The notes below the pieces were generated by a model. It saw only the letters and a list, made by a program, of their open reading frames with translations. It was not told the DNA's origin and did not search any database. The translations under genes were made by a program, and so were the position numbers. Source: an uncultured delta proteobacterium (GTDB taxonomy: Bacteria; Desulfobacterota; Binatia; Binatales; Binataceae). Taken from it: 64,000 nucleotides of DNA. The stretch lies in the NCBI GenBank assembly GCA_963773975.1, contig CAVZDJ010000037.1, positions 105,041 through 169,040 on the forward strand, written 5' to 3'. Shown piece after piece: positions 9,411 through 18,363 of the stretch. Position 1 is the first letter of the stretch. Each line of letters starts with the position of its first letter.

Positions 9411-10586
9411 CTAGCCCGGGCGTCGCAGTTGCCCGAGCTTGACCCCGAGGTTGAACGGATCGCGCGCGCCCGTGCGGCGCTCGCGAATGATCTCGGCGAT
9501 GATCGAAACGGCGATCTCGGCGGGCGTTTCGGCCCCGAGGTCGACGCCGAGCGGCGCGTGGACCTCGTCGAGCTCGGAAGCGGGGACGCCGGTCTCGGCG
9601 ATACGTTCGAGCGTCGCGCGCACGCGGCGGCGCGAACCAATCATGCCGATGAACGCGCCGTTGCGTTTCCTGAGCGCAGTGCGCAGAACCTCCTCGTCGA
9701 AGGCGTGGCCGCGGGTGACCGAGAGCAGGTAGCAATGGCGATCGAGTTCCAGCGCTTCGATCGCGGCCGTGAACGGGCGCACGATTATCTGATCGGCGTG
9801 GGGAAACCGCTCGCGGTTGGCGAAGGCCGCGCGATCGTCGATCACCGTAACGTGAAACCCCAGCATCGAGCCGAGTTGCGCGAGCGGCTGCGCGATATGG
9901 CCGGCGCCAACGACTATCAGCCGTTGCGCGCCGGTGATGGGATCGAGAAAGACCCGCGGCGCGCCGCTCGGCTCGACCCGCGTAGCCGGCCGCACCGCGC
10001 CGTCTGCGCCAACCTCGAACAGCGCCGCCACCGCGTCCGCGGTGCGCTCGCCAAGTTGCTGCGCCGCCTCCGCCCCCAGGCCGGCGAAACCGTCCACCGG
10101 GGCCGCGCGCCGCGATATATCGACGACCGTGCGCTCACCGACCTTCGCGCCGGTAGCGGTGCCTCTCGACCTTCCAGGATCGACCACCGTAAGTAGCGCT
10201 GCGGGCCGGTTGTGGTCGGCGGCCTCGGCCAGGCGGCGCGCGATCTCGAGGTCCGCGCGCGGCCGCCACAGGTCGATGAAGACGTCCATAATTCCGCCGC
10301 AGGTGCCGATCTGCTGCTGGTCGAAGTCGCCGGTGAGGTCGACCTCGGCCAGCCGCGCCTCGCCACCATCTTCAAGTAATACTCGAGCTTTGCGGAAAAC
10401 CTCGGCCTCGCCGCAGCCGCCGCCGATAGTGCCGAACTGGCCGTCGTCGCGCACGATCATCTTGGCCCCGACCTCGCGCGGCGTCGATCCGCGCACATTG
10501 ACCACCGTAGCCAGCGCGAACGGCTTGTCGCGCTCCAAGGTCCGTACCGCTTCGGCCCAAATTTCTTCCGGCCCGATCATGCTCAA
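9411..10586 (-). CDS. XdhC/CoxI family molybdoenzyme maturation protein
   Basis: It has the N-terminal XdhC_CoxI motif (ATVVNVRGSTPREVGAKMIV...GTIGGGCGE) and a C-terminal Rossmann-like domain (LIVVGAGHIAQPL). Confidence 0.85.
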   Translation of the reverse strand: MSMIGPEEIWAEAVRTLERDKPFALATVVNVRGSTPREVGAKMIVRDDGQFGTIGGGCGEAEVFRKARVLLEDGGEARLAEVDLTGDFDQQQIGTCGGIMDVFIDLWRPRADLEIARRLAEAADHNRPAALLTVVDPGRSRGTATGAKVGERTVVDISRRAAPVDGFAGLGAEAAQQLGERTADAVAALFEVGADGAVRPATRVEPSGAPRVFLDPITGAQRLIVVGAGHIAQPLAQLGSMLGFHVTVIDDRAAFANRERFPHADQIIVRPFTAAIEALELDRHCYLLSVTRGHAFDEEVLRTALRKRNGAFIGMIGSRRRVRATLERIAETGVPASELDEVHAPLGVDLGAETPAEIAVSIIAEIIRERRTGARDPFNLGVKLGQLRRPG

Positions 10587-10770
10587 TCGCTCCTGCTCGA
10601 CCTGCCCCGATGCAGCCCAACGCGGATGCGCCTAGATCGACGCATCGATTTACACTCTATTCTTATTGTGGATCGAAAGCTGTCGCCGTTTCCACCGTGG
10701 CAAACGGCCCTGGCGTGGGGGCACACGGTCGATCAGATGCTTTGAAGAATGCCCGTGCTTTGGAGAACGC

Positions 10771-11196
10771 CTACGCTTTCGGCACGGGCGGCACGGCCCG
10801 CGGCCCTGCCCGATTGACGCGCGTTTTGCGCGAGCTTGCCGCGTCGCGCCCGACGTGGCCGATAGCATAACGGTCCAGCATCCGGTACAACGTCGAGCGT
10901 GAGATTCCGAGCACGCTCGCCGTGCGGCGGCGATTGCCCCGGGTCTCGCGCAGCAAACGAACCAGGGTCTGCTTGATTACCTCGTCGAGTGTGGACGGCG
11001 CGACATGCTCGATCGCGAGCCACTTTTTCGGCTCATCCGACCCTTCCTGACACGGTATCGCACCCGCCGGCAGAGACTCGGCGGTCGAAGCCCCGGCGGA
11101 CGAAAATGAGCCGGTTTGATTAGCGTTGGTTTGCGGGCCAACTACGGACGATTCAACCGATACGTCTGAATCGCCAATAGGACTGTGCGTATTCAT
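10771..11196 (-). CDS. Fis-type helix-turn-helix DNA-binding protein
   Basis: It has a C-terminal Fis-family HTH (TLVRLLRETRGNRRRTASVLGISRSTLYRMLDRY). The N-terminal half is low complexity. Start could be ATG 11196 or GTG 11220. Confidence 0.55.
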   Translation of the reverse strand: MNTHSPIGDSDVSVESSVVGPQTNANQTGSFSSAGASTAESLPAGAIPCQEGSDEPKKWLAIEHVAPSTLDEVIKQTLVRLLRETRGNRRRTASVLGISRSTLYRMLDRYAIGHVGRDAASSRKTRVNRAGPRAVPPVPKA

Positions 11197-11264
11197 GGCC
11201 GATAAGTGTGCAAGGTACACGCCATCGCCACCGATGTCTCATTCGTGGCAAAACAACCGCAAGA

Positions 11265-11711
11265 CTACACGCCGAGCACGCCGGCCAGGACTTGCGCGGC
11301 GTGGTCGCGCGGGTCGACCTTGTCGTAAACGCGCTCGATTCGACCATCGCCGTCAATAAGGTAGCTGATGCGTTCCGGATACCTCGCCTTGAGGCTGTCG
11401 CAGGCACCGTAGGCCAGTGCGACCGCGTGCGTGGTATCGCTGAGCAGCCGGAAACCGAAATTATGTTTGCGCGCGAAGGCAGAGTTGTCGGCTACGCTGT
11501 CGAAACTCACCCCGACCACCTCGATTGCGCTCTGATCGAAATACTCCCGATGATCGCGCAGACCGCGTCCCTCGAGACTGCAGCCCGGCGTGCCGGCCTC
11601 GGGAAAGAACCACAAAAGAACACGGCGTCCGCGCAGGCTCGACAAAGTGAACTGCCCGCCGTCGTCGGCCGGCAAGCTAAAGTCCGGGGCCGATTCGCCA
11701 GCTTTGAGCAT
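11265..11711 (-). CDS. bcp: peroxiredoxin, Bcp type
   Basis: It has APDFSLP, LLWFFPEAGTPGCSLEG (peroxidatic Cys) and VVGVSFDS. Confidence 0.9.
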   Translation of the reverse strand: MLKAGESAPDFSLPADDGGQFTLSSLRGRRVLLWFFPEAGTPGCSLEGRGLRDHREYFDQSAIEVVGVSFDSVADNSAFARKHNFGFRLLSDTTHAVALAYGACDSLKARYPERISYLIDGDGRIERVYDKVDPRDHAAQVLAGVLGV

Positions 11712-11766
11712 CGATACGTCTCCTCGGCCGCCGCCTGGCCTCAGGGGGCCGCCTAACGCGCCGCGC

Positions 11767-12264
11767 TCAGTTGAGCGTCGCGCGCAACCGGGCCAGGAAA
11801 GCCTCGCAGGTGGGTTCGCCCGGCTGCAGCTCGAGCGCGCGCTCGAACTCGCGGATCGCCTGTTGCAGCATCCCCTTGGCCGCGTAAAGGCGGCCTAGGT
11901 TCATGTAGGGAAAATGGCGCGGCTCGTAACGCGGCGCGCGCTTGGCCTGCTCCAGCCACGGCACCGCCGCATCGAGGTCGCCCTTGGCGATCAGGTAGGC
12001 GCCGATGTCGTTATAGGGATTGCCGAAGCCGGGATCGACCTCGATCGCCTTTTTGCACTCGCCGATCGCGTCCTCGACACGGCCGAGAAAATTATAGGCC
12101 CAGCCGCGAAAGGTGTAAGCCTCGGCCGTCGGACAGAGTTCGATCGACTGCGTGTACAACGCGATCGCGCGGTCGAAGTCGCCCTGCATGTGATGCTGCA
12201 CGCCCTCGTTCCACAATTCTAGCGCACGCTGTTTGTGAGCGGAGTTTTCCATTCCCTTAGCCAT
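11767..12264 (-). CDS. tetratricopeptide-repeat protein (cytoplasmic)
   Basis: It has several TPR units (AIALYTQSIEL, AYTFRGWAY, YNDIGAYLIAKGD, YMNLGRLYAAKG). The start is uncertain: ATG 12264, ATG 12252 or GTG 12312. The GTG extension runs into a repeat element. Confidence 0.7.
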   Translation of the reverse strand: MAKGMENSAHKQRALELWNEGVQHHMQGDFDRAIALYTQSIELCPTAEAYTFRGWAYNFLGRVEDAIGECKKAIEVDPGFGNPYNDIGAYLIAKGDLDAAVPWLEQAKRAPRYEPRHFPYMNLGRLYAAKGMLQQAIREFERALELQPGEPTCEAFLARLRATLN

Positions 12265-12327
12265 ATGAGAGCGTGGATAAACACCCAAAAAATCGCTCCG
12301 CTGATCCTTCACTCCGGCAACCTTGGT

Positions 12328-12365
12328 TCAGGATGACAACAAAAGCTCCCCTGTCGTCATCCTGA
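12328..12365. repeat. intergenic inverted-repeat element TCAGGATGAC-N18-GTCATCCTGA
   Basis: It is a perfect 10-bp inverted repeat, followed by GCGTCAGCGAAGGATCTC. The GTCATCCTGAGCG..GCGAAGGATCT motif is a short repeat seen dispersed in many environmental bacterial genomes (recollection, not searched). Confidence 0.5.
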
Positions 12366-12431
12366 GCGTCAGCGAAGGATCTCCGCGAAGCGACGGATCT
12401 TTTTCTCCGATTTATCGATATCCTCCATAGC

Positions 12432-12809
12432 TCAGCGGATGCGCGCATAAGCGATCGTGTCGCCGATGCCGCCGGAGATTGCGAGACTGCCATTGGCGGG
12501 CGTGCATCTAAGTGGATTCGCCGCGGTGGTGTCCGTGCACAGCACGATATTATCGGCGCCGGTGAAGCACACGTCGCTGACCGAGGCCGTGCCGTCGCTG
12601 AGCGTCGCCTTGCCGCTACAGGGCGCCCCGGAAGTCATCGAGAAGCCGCCCATCGGCCCCCATGAGCTCATCGTGGTCGGCGGCACGGGGGGTTGTGGCG
12701 CAACCTGCAAACATCCAGCCGCCAGCAATCCCGCGATTGCCGCGCTCGCGATCATCCCTCTCGCGATTGTCGGCCTGAAAGCGGCAACCCTCGAAAACAT
12801 CCCGCGCAT
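12432..12809 (-). CDS. small lipoprotein, unknown function
   Basis: It has an LLAAGC lipobox, a Pro-rich linker and then a ~85-aa Ser/Thr/Gly-rich region with 4 Cys. It is the last gene downstream of tadC on the same strand. Confidence 0.55.
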   Translation of the reverse strand: MRGMFSRVAAFRPTIARGMIASAAIAGLLAAGCLQVAPQPPVPPTTMSSWGPMGGFSMTSGAPCSGKATLSDGTASVSDVCFTGADNIVLCTDTTAANPLRCTPANGSLAISGGIGDTIAYARIR

Positions 12810-13022
12810 CCGCCCACCTCCTCGACTTGCTTATGATGAACGATCCGACTCGGCCTTCGCCACCTTTATTTGGCCACTTTCATTTTATCCTCCAGCGGCG
12901 ATCGTGTCGCGTCCGTCGAGGTAGGCCGGAAGACGGAAGAAATCGGGCGCGTCGGCGGACGCATGGGCAGCACCCTGAGCCAACCTGTGAGCCTGGCCCG
13001 CGCATCGGAGAGAAATCCGCGT

Positions 13023-13955
13023 TCAGAAGCTGAGGGTACGAACCGTTTGCACGATCGCCGGGCCGATAATGATGAGCAGCATCGCGGGCAAAATCATCAG
13101 CACCAGCGGGAAAAGTATCTTGATGGTGGTTTTCTGGGCGGCCTCCTCGGCGTAGAGGCGGCGGCGGGAGCGGATCGAGTCCGAGATAGCGCGCAGCGCG
13201 GGCCCGATCGCGGCGCCGAGTTGCTCGCTCTGAATCAGGGTCGCGGCGAGCGGCTTGATATCCGCGACTCCGCTGCGATCGGCCAGCGCGCGCAACGCCT
13301 GTCCCAGCGAAGATCCAGCGTTGACCTCGCCCGCCACTTGCGTCAGCTCGTGGCCGATGACCAGTTGCTGCGCCTTGGTTTCGTCGCCAACAACTTTGAT
13401 CGCTTCGAGCAGGCCGAGTCCCGCCTCGACGCACACCACCAGCAGATCGAGCACGTCGGAAAGTTGGCGTCCGATATCGATCTGGCGATTTTTGGCGCGC
13501 TTGTTCAGATAGTAGCCGGGGATGAACGAGCCCACTGCGGCGCCCACGATCGTCAGCATGATCGTGCGGCTTCCGCGCATGCCAAACGCGAGGCTCAAAA
13601 CCAGGCCCAGCAATAGTCCGCAAACCGCCGTGACGAGCTTGCAGACCTGGAAGACGGCAACCCCGTTGCGCGCCTTGAAGCCTGCCTGCACTAACAGCTC
13701 AGCGAGCTTGGCGCTGCGGCGTGTGACGACCTTGGGCTTGACCAGCCGTCCGATCGCCCACTTGAGCAGCGCGCGGGTCGCTTGCTGATCGGTAACCGGC
13801 ATGCCCGCGGCGGCCATGTTGACGCGCGCTCTGTATCCCACCTGGCTCATCTGCGCTCCCATCACGTGCCGCCGGTTGGTGATTGAGATATAGACGGCGC
13901 TCGCGGCGCCGGTGAGCACCAGGAACACGACGCAACTGATTAGCAGGGGACTCAT
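13023..13955 (-). CDS. tadC: type II secretion system F-family protein, TadC
   Basis: It is a GspF-like polytopic membrane protein with the conserved T2SSF domain segment (LVVCVEAGLGLLEAI...ELTQVAGEVNAGSSLGQAL). It sits directly after tadB. Confidence 0.85.
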   Translation of the reverse strand: MSPLLISCVVFLVLTGAASAVYISITNRRHVMGAQMSQVGYRARVNMAAAGMPVTDQQATRALLKWAIGRLVKPKVVTRRSAKLAELLVQAGFKARNGVAVFQVCKLVTAVCGLLLGLVLSLAFGMRGSRTIMLTIVGAAVGSFIPGYYLNKRAKNRQIDIGRQLSDVLDLLVVCVEAGLGLLEAIKVVGDETKAQQLVIGHELTQVAGEVNAGSSLGQALRALADRSGVADIKPLAATLIQSEQLGAAIGPALRAISDSIRSRRRLYAEEAAQKTTIKILFPLVLMILPAMLLIIIGPAIVQTVRTLSF

Positions 13956-13968
13956 CGCGCCACCTCGA

Positions 13969-14919
13969 TCAAAATTTGACCTTCAGGATGTGCCGAATCA
14001 GCAGAAAGGCGCCGAGGTCGAGACCGGCGGCCGTTTTTAAAATCAACTGGCCGGTATGGTCGAAAAACAACATTTGCGCGTAGCTCGGCTGGACGATGCT
14101 GAACATCAGCAGCACCACCACGGGCAGCAATCCCACCACCATCCCGCTCATCCGGGATTGCGCGGTGAGTGCGCGAATCTGCGAGAACAGCCGCTGGCGA
14201 GTGCGCACGATGTCCGACAGCCGCGCGACGATCTGCGCCAGCGAGCTGCCGACTGCGGACTGCACCTTGACCGCGACCACGAACAGCCGCAGATCGTCCT
14301 CGGGTACCCGCGCCAGCATGTCGGCCAGCGCGTGTGGGATGGGCATCCCAAGCCGCGCCTGCTCGACCACGGTGCGGAACTCGCCGCCCAGCGGATCGGG
14401 GAACTCCTGCTCGACCACCTGCATCCCGCGCTGCAAGGTGTGGCCGGCTTCCAGTGACGACTTGATCAGATCGAGCGCGTAGGGAAGTTGAACGAGGAAC
14501 GCCTTCAGGCGCATCGCCCGCTTGAACCGGATGTAGATAAGCGGCGTCACGCACAGCGCCAGGCCCCCAGCAATTGAGATGAGCAGGTCTCCGGTGAGCA
14601 TTGTCCCGCCGACGGCGCCTGCCGCGAGCAGCCCGCCCATCAACAGTAGTGCTCTGTAGCCACCCTGATACATCCCGGCTTGCCACATGTACTGTTCGAG
14701 CCGCCGCATCAGATGGAGCCGCGGCAGCAGGCCGTTAAACAGGCCGCTGGCCGCGCGTGAGCGCGGGCCGGTACGCGCCAATGAGTCGATGACCTCGCTT
14801 GGGCGGGTGACCTGGTCGAGCCGGTTCCCGACCGCCACGTGGTCGAGCGAGCGATGAACCAGCAGTCCGCCGACGCCGGCGAACAGCAGGAACACCGCAC
14901 CCGCGATTAACAGATCCAT
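13969..14919 (-). CDS. tadB: type II secretion system F-family protein, TadB
   Basis: The start is ATG 14919 ([15 protein letters not shown]...), overlapping the tadA stop (TGATG). It has the T2SSF domain (LIKSSLEAGHTLQRGMQVV...EFRTVVEQARLGMPIPHAL). The 429-aa track ORF extension lies inside tadA. Confidence 0.85.
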   Translation of the reverse strand: MDLLIAGAVFLLFAGVGGLLVHRSLDHVAVGNRLDQVTRPSEVIDSLARTGPRSRAASGLFNGLLPRLHLMRRLEQYMWQAGMYQGGYRALLLMGGLLAAGAVGGTMLTGDLLISIAGGLALCVTPLIYIRFKRAMRLKAFLVQLPYALDLIKSSLEAGHTLQRGMQVVEQEFPDPLGGEFRTVVEQARLGMPIPHALADMLARVPEDDLRLFVVAVKVQSAVGSSLAQIVARLSDIVRTRQRLFSQIRALTAQSRMSGMVVGLLPVVVLLMFSIVQPSYAQMLFFDHTGQLILKTAAGLDLGAFLLIRHILKVKF

Positions 14920-16292
14920 CAATCCGTCCCCGTTGGGCGCAGGACGCTCTCGAGCTTGTAGCCGGCGCGCTCGATGCGTTGCGCATAGGCCGAGCGGATG
15001 CCGGTGGAACGATAGTGGCCGCAAACCTTGCCGTTCGCGTCGGTCTCCGTGTGCACGAACTCGAACAAGTCCTGCATCATGATCGCCTCGCCTTCCATGC
15101 CGGTGACTTCCGAGATCTTCATCATCCTGCGCGAGCCGTCGGCCAGGCGCGCGACATGGACGATGATATTGATGGCCGAGGCGACCTGCTGGCGCATCGC
15201 GCGCTGCGGGATCGAAAAGCCCGACAGCAGCATCATCATCTCCAGGCGTCCCAGGCACTCGCGCGAGCTGTTGGCGTGGATGGTCGCGATCGAGCCGTCA
15301 TGGCCGGTCGACATCGCCTGCAGCATGTCGAACACCTCGGCTCCGCGCACCTCGCCAACGATAATCCGGTCGGGGCGCATCCGCAGCGTGTTGCGCACCA
15401 GTTCGCGCGCCGTGACCTCGCCCTTGCCCTCGAGGTTGGGCGGGCGGGTCTCCAGCCGCACCACGTGGGTCTGCTGGAGCAACAGCTCGGCCGAGTCCTC
15501 GATGGTGACGATGCGCTCGTCGGACGGCACGAAACTCGAAAGACAATTGAGCATCGTGGTCTTGCCCGAGCCCGTGCCGCCGCAGACCAGCAGATTGAGC
15601 CGCGCCTTGACCACCGCCTGGAGCAACGACACCATCTCCGGCGAAATACTCCCCTTGGACAACAGATCGGCGATCGAATAGCGTTTTTTGCCGAAGCGAC
15701 GGATCGAAAGGGAAGGGCCATCGATCGCCAGCGGCGGAATGATCGCGTTGATACGCGACCCGTCGCGCAGCCGCGCGTCGACCATCGGCGACGATTCGTC
15801 GACCCGCCGCCCGACCTGCGAAACGATGCGATCGATAATCAGCATCAAGTGCTGATCGTCGTGGAAGTGAATTCCGGTTTCGTGCAGCCTGCCGTGCTTC
15901 TCGACGTAGACGTGGTCGCGTCCGTTGACCATGATGTCGGTCACGTCGTCGTCGCGCAGCAGCGGCTCCAGCGGTCCCAGTCCAAGCAGCTCGTTCTTGA
16001 CCTCTTCGACCAGCCGCGCCCGGTCGCCGTCGGTCAGCAGCCGGCCGTCCTCGTCCAGGGTCTCGCCAATGGCGGTCGTGACCTTGGCCGAGATCAGCGC
16101 TGGATCGAGCATCTCCATGCGCGAGACGTCCATCGACTCGAACAGCCGGTTATGCACCTTTATTTTGAGTTCGCGCGTGGAGTCCGTGGTTTCGTCCCGT
16201 GGCCGCCAGACGGTGCCACCGCCAAGGAAGGCGCCTGGCTGCTCGACCGGCGCGTGGCTATTGGCCTGTGATATTCTGTCGATTATTCTCAC
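14919..16292 (-). CDS. tadA: Tad pilus secretion ATPase CpaF/TadA
   Basis: It has Walker [20 protein letters not shown], the Asp box and His box ([13 protein letters not shown]), and the CpaF-type N-terminus. The likely start is GTG 16292, 11 nt after the tadZ stop and preceded by GAGAGAAG. The ATG at 16388 would overlap tadZ by 85 nt. Confidence 0.9.
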   Translation of the reverse strand: MRIIDRISQANSHAPVEQPGAFLGGGTVWRPRDETTDSTRELKIKVHNRLFESMDVSRMEMLDPALISAKVTTAIGETLDEDGRLLTDGDRARLVEEVKNELLGLGPLEPLLRDDDVTDIMVNGRDHVYVEKHGRLHETGIHFHDDQHLMLIIDRIVSQVGRRVDESSPMVDARLRDGSRINAIIPPLAIDGPSLSIRRFGKKRYSIADLLSKGSISPEMVSLLQAVVKARLNLLVCGGTGSGKTTMLNCLSSFVPSDERIVTIEDSAELLLQQTHVVRLETRPPNLEGKGEVTARELVRNTLRMRPDRIIVGEVRGAEVFDMLQAMSTGHDGSIATIHANSSRECLGRLEMMMLLSGFSIPQRAMRQQVASAINIIVHVARLADGSRRMMKISEVTGMEGEAIMMQDLFEFVHTETDANGKVCGHYRSTGIRSAYAQRIERAGYKLESVLRPTGTD

Positions 16293-16302
16293 TATTCTTC
16301 TC

Positions 16303-17532
16303 TCAGGCGCACGCGCCCAGCGAGCCGCGCAGCCAGGTGACAAACCCGGGTGCCGGGCGCGACTCGGTTTCCGCCATAACTTTCTCACTCGCGCCGAGAC
16401 GATTCGCCAGTTCCCCGTATGCGCGCACCAACGCGGAGTTGGGCGCCGTCTGCGAGGGCATCCGCCCGGTCGCCACTGATTTTTCCATCACCCCTTCGTC
16501 GCGCGGAATGCGCGCATAGATCGGGCACTTCAGTGTTGTGACTATCTGCGTTTCGGCGACGGGATGGCGCGCCTGATAGCGGTTGAGCACTAGTCGCGGC
16601 TCGATCCCTTCGATCCCGAGCCGCCCGAATAAGTCCAGGAAACGCACGGCCCGATGCGTCGCGCTAATCGACTGCTCGAGCACGTATAGCACTTCCTCGG
16701 AGCGCTCCCACGCGGCCACTGAGTTTTCGTCGACGTGATCGCCGCAGTCGATTACTATGTAGTCGAACAGTTGGCGCATCAGCTCGATCAGATTGCTTAC
16801 CGTAGTGTCGGAAACCTCATCGCTGTCCTCGATGCGGACGGGCGCGCCCAACACGTAGAGCCCAGAGGCATGCTTGGTGAGCGCCGCCTCCAGGCCGATT
16901 GAATCCGGCTTGCGATCCAGGCGCGCCAGGGCGAGGATGCCGCGCTCGGGTTCGGCGCCCAGCAGGTCGCTCAAGCCGCCCTCCTGCAGGGCGAGGTCCA
17001 TTAAAACCACGCGCGCCCCGCCTGCGCTCCGCAGCGCCAGGCCCAGGTTGGCGCAAACCGTGGTGACGCCCACGCCACCGCTCATGCTCGTCACAGAAAA
17101 TGTCTTGCCGCTCTTGCGCCGCGCGCTGCGCCGCAGCGCCTCGCTGACCTTGAGCAGCGGCCGCATCAGATCGCCCTGCGCCAACGGTGCAAACAACACT
17201 TCGTCCGCGCCGGCGCGCAGCACGCGCCGCATCAGCGCCTCCGACTGCTCGCCGAGCAACGCAAACAGGACCGGCCGCGGCGTACGCTCGGACTCTTCCT
17301 GCAGATACCTCAACCCCTCTTCTTCGTTTCCGCCGAATACGATCATCGCCACGTCGGCCTCCGCGCTCAGCGTCGCGGCCTCTGCCGGCCGTGCCTCCGC
17401 GACCACCAGCCGCGGCTCGCTCAGCGAGCGCAACACCTCTCGCGCCTGGCTCCTCCGGGCCTCGTCGTGGCCCACCAGAAGCACCGACAAGCTGCCCTTG
17501 GGCATACCGCCCCTGCTGCTCGATCGTCCCAC
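16303..17532 (-). CDS. tadZ: TadZ/CpaE: atypical receiver domain fused to a ParA/MinD-like ATPase
   Basis: It has an N-terminal receiver-like fold with no obvious phospho-acceptor Asp (..DVAMIVFGGN..). It also has a deviant Walker A region (VTSMSGGVGVTTVCANL) and a MinD/ParA-like core. Confidence 0.85.
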   Translation of the reverse strand: MGRSSSRGGMPKGSLSVLLVGHDEARRSQAREVLRSLSEPRLVVAEARPAEAATLSAEADVAMIVFGGNEEEGLRYLQEESERTPRPVLFALLGEQSEALMRRVLRAGADEVLFAPLAQGDLMRPLLKVSEALRRSARRKSGKTFSVTSMSGGVGVTTVCANLGLALRSAGGARVVLMDLALQEGGLSDLLGAEPERGILALARLDRKPDSIGLEAALTKHASGLYVLGAPVRIEDSDEVSDTTVSNLIELMRQLFDYIVIDCGDHVDENSVAAWERSEEVLYVLEQSISATHRAVRFLDLFGRLGIEGIEPRLVLNRYQARHPVAETQIVTTLKCPIYARIPRDEGVMEKSVATGRMPSQTAPNSALVRAYGELANRLGASEKVMAETESRPAPGFVTWLRGSLGACA

Positions 17533-17594
17533 ACCAATCTCCCTTGCGTCCCGCCCCCTCCTCCGAAGTCGCCCGCCTTGCTTCGCGGAATTGC

Positions 17595-17614
17595 GGCGGG
17601 GCCGATGCCCCGCC
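17595..17614. promoter_or_regulatory. GC-rich stem-loop between flp and tadZ
   Basis: The sequence GGCGGGGC-CGAT-GCCCCGCC forms an 8-bp perfect stem. A T-rich run follows only on the + strand, so on the coding (-) strand it lacks a U tract. It may act as an attenuator or RNA-stability element separating pilin from assembly genes. Confidence 0.3.
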
Positions 17615-17718
17615 GTTCTTTTCTTGCGCCATCCGTTTACACCACTTCCAGCGTCCTTTGTCGGAGGCGCTGGCGGTAGCCATCATTCAAGATGGACGTG
17701 GCGGCTAAGCAGCACGTT

Positions 17719-17922
17719 TTACGCGGTGCTAAGCGCGCTGTCGATCTTGTTGACCATCGAGCCGATGTCCTGGCCCATCACCTGATAAGTGACGTATGCC
17801 ACGATCGCCACGGCGGCCAAAATGAGCGCGTATTCCGTCATCGTCTGACCTTCCGCATTCTTGCGAATTGTCTTACGCAACAGTTCACTCGATTTCACAT
17901 ATATTTTCGTATACAAGTTCAT
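17719..17922 (-). CDS. flp: Flp family type IVb prepilin
   Basis: It has the G/XXXXEY processing motif (NAEG-QTMTEY) followed by the hydrophobic stretch ALILAAVAIVAYVTY. It is 67 aa, with an AAGGAGA RBS upstream. Confidence 0.85.
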   Translation of the reverse strand: MNLYTKIYVKSSELLRKTIRKNAEGQTMTEYALILAAVAIVAYVTYQVMGQDIGSMVNKIDSALSTA

Positions 17923-18019
17923 ACTCTGTCTCCTTTTTTGTCCGGCTTAGCCGGTTGGTTTCATTTACCAATCTGTCGTGTCAGGTGCTCACATCTTTGC
18001 AACCTCAACGTACGTCTAT

Positions 18020-18223
18020 CTATGCAGTAGCCAGTCCGTTGTCGATGGTATTGACCATCGATCCAATATCCTGGCCCATTACTTGATATGTAATGTACGC
18101 CACAATCGCGACCGCCGCTAAAATCAACGCATACTCAGTCATCGTCTGCGCCTTCGTAACGTTGCGCAGTGTCGTGCGAAGTCGTTCGTTGCTGTCGATA
18201 TAGATGCGCATCATTCTATTCAT
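18020..18223 (-). CDS. flp: Flp family type IVb prepilin (paralog, Ala at -1)
   Basis: Its mature part is nearly identical to the downstream copy (QTMTEYALILAAVAIVAYITYQVMGQDIGSMVN). The leader ends ..VTKA instead of ..G. Confidence 0.85.
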   Translation of the reverse strand: MNRMMRIYIDSNERLRTTLRNVTKAQTMTEYALILAAVAIVAYITYQVMGQDIGSMVNTIDNGLATA

Positions 18224-18363
18224 CGTCGTCGTTCACCCCATGCACCAGTTGCTATCGTCGTCATGTGTGTTCGTGCGACATTATCATTCAGGAAGGCGCT
18301 TGGTTGCCCACCTGTTGCGCCGCGCCATCCAACTTCAGTGCCGCCAAACTAAACTAAACAACA

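Noticed and set aside
17942-17954. Palindrome CCGGC-TTA-GCCGG between the two flp genes as a terminator
   Set aside because: The stem is only 5 bp, and on the coding (minus) strand it is followed by A-rich sequence rather than a U tract.
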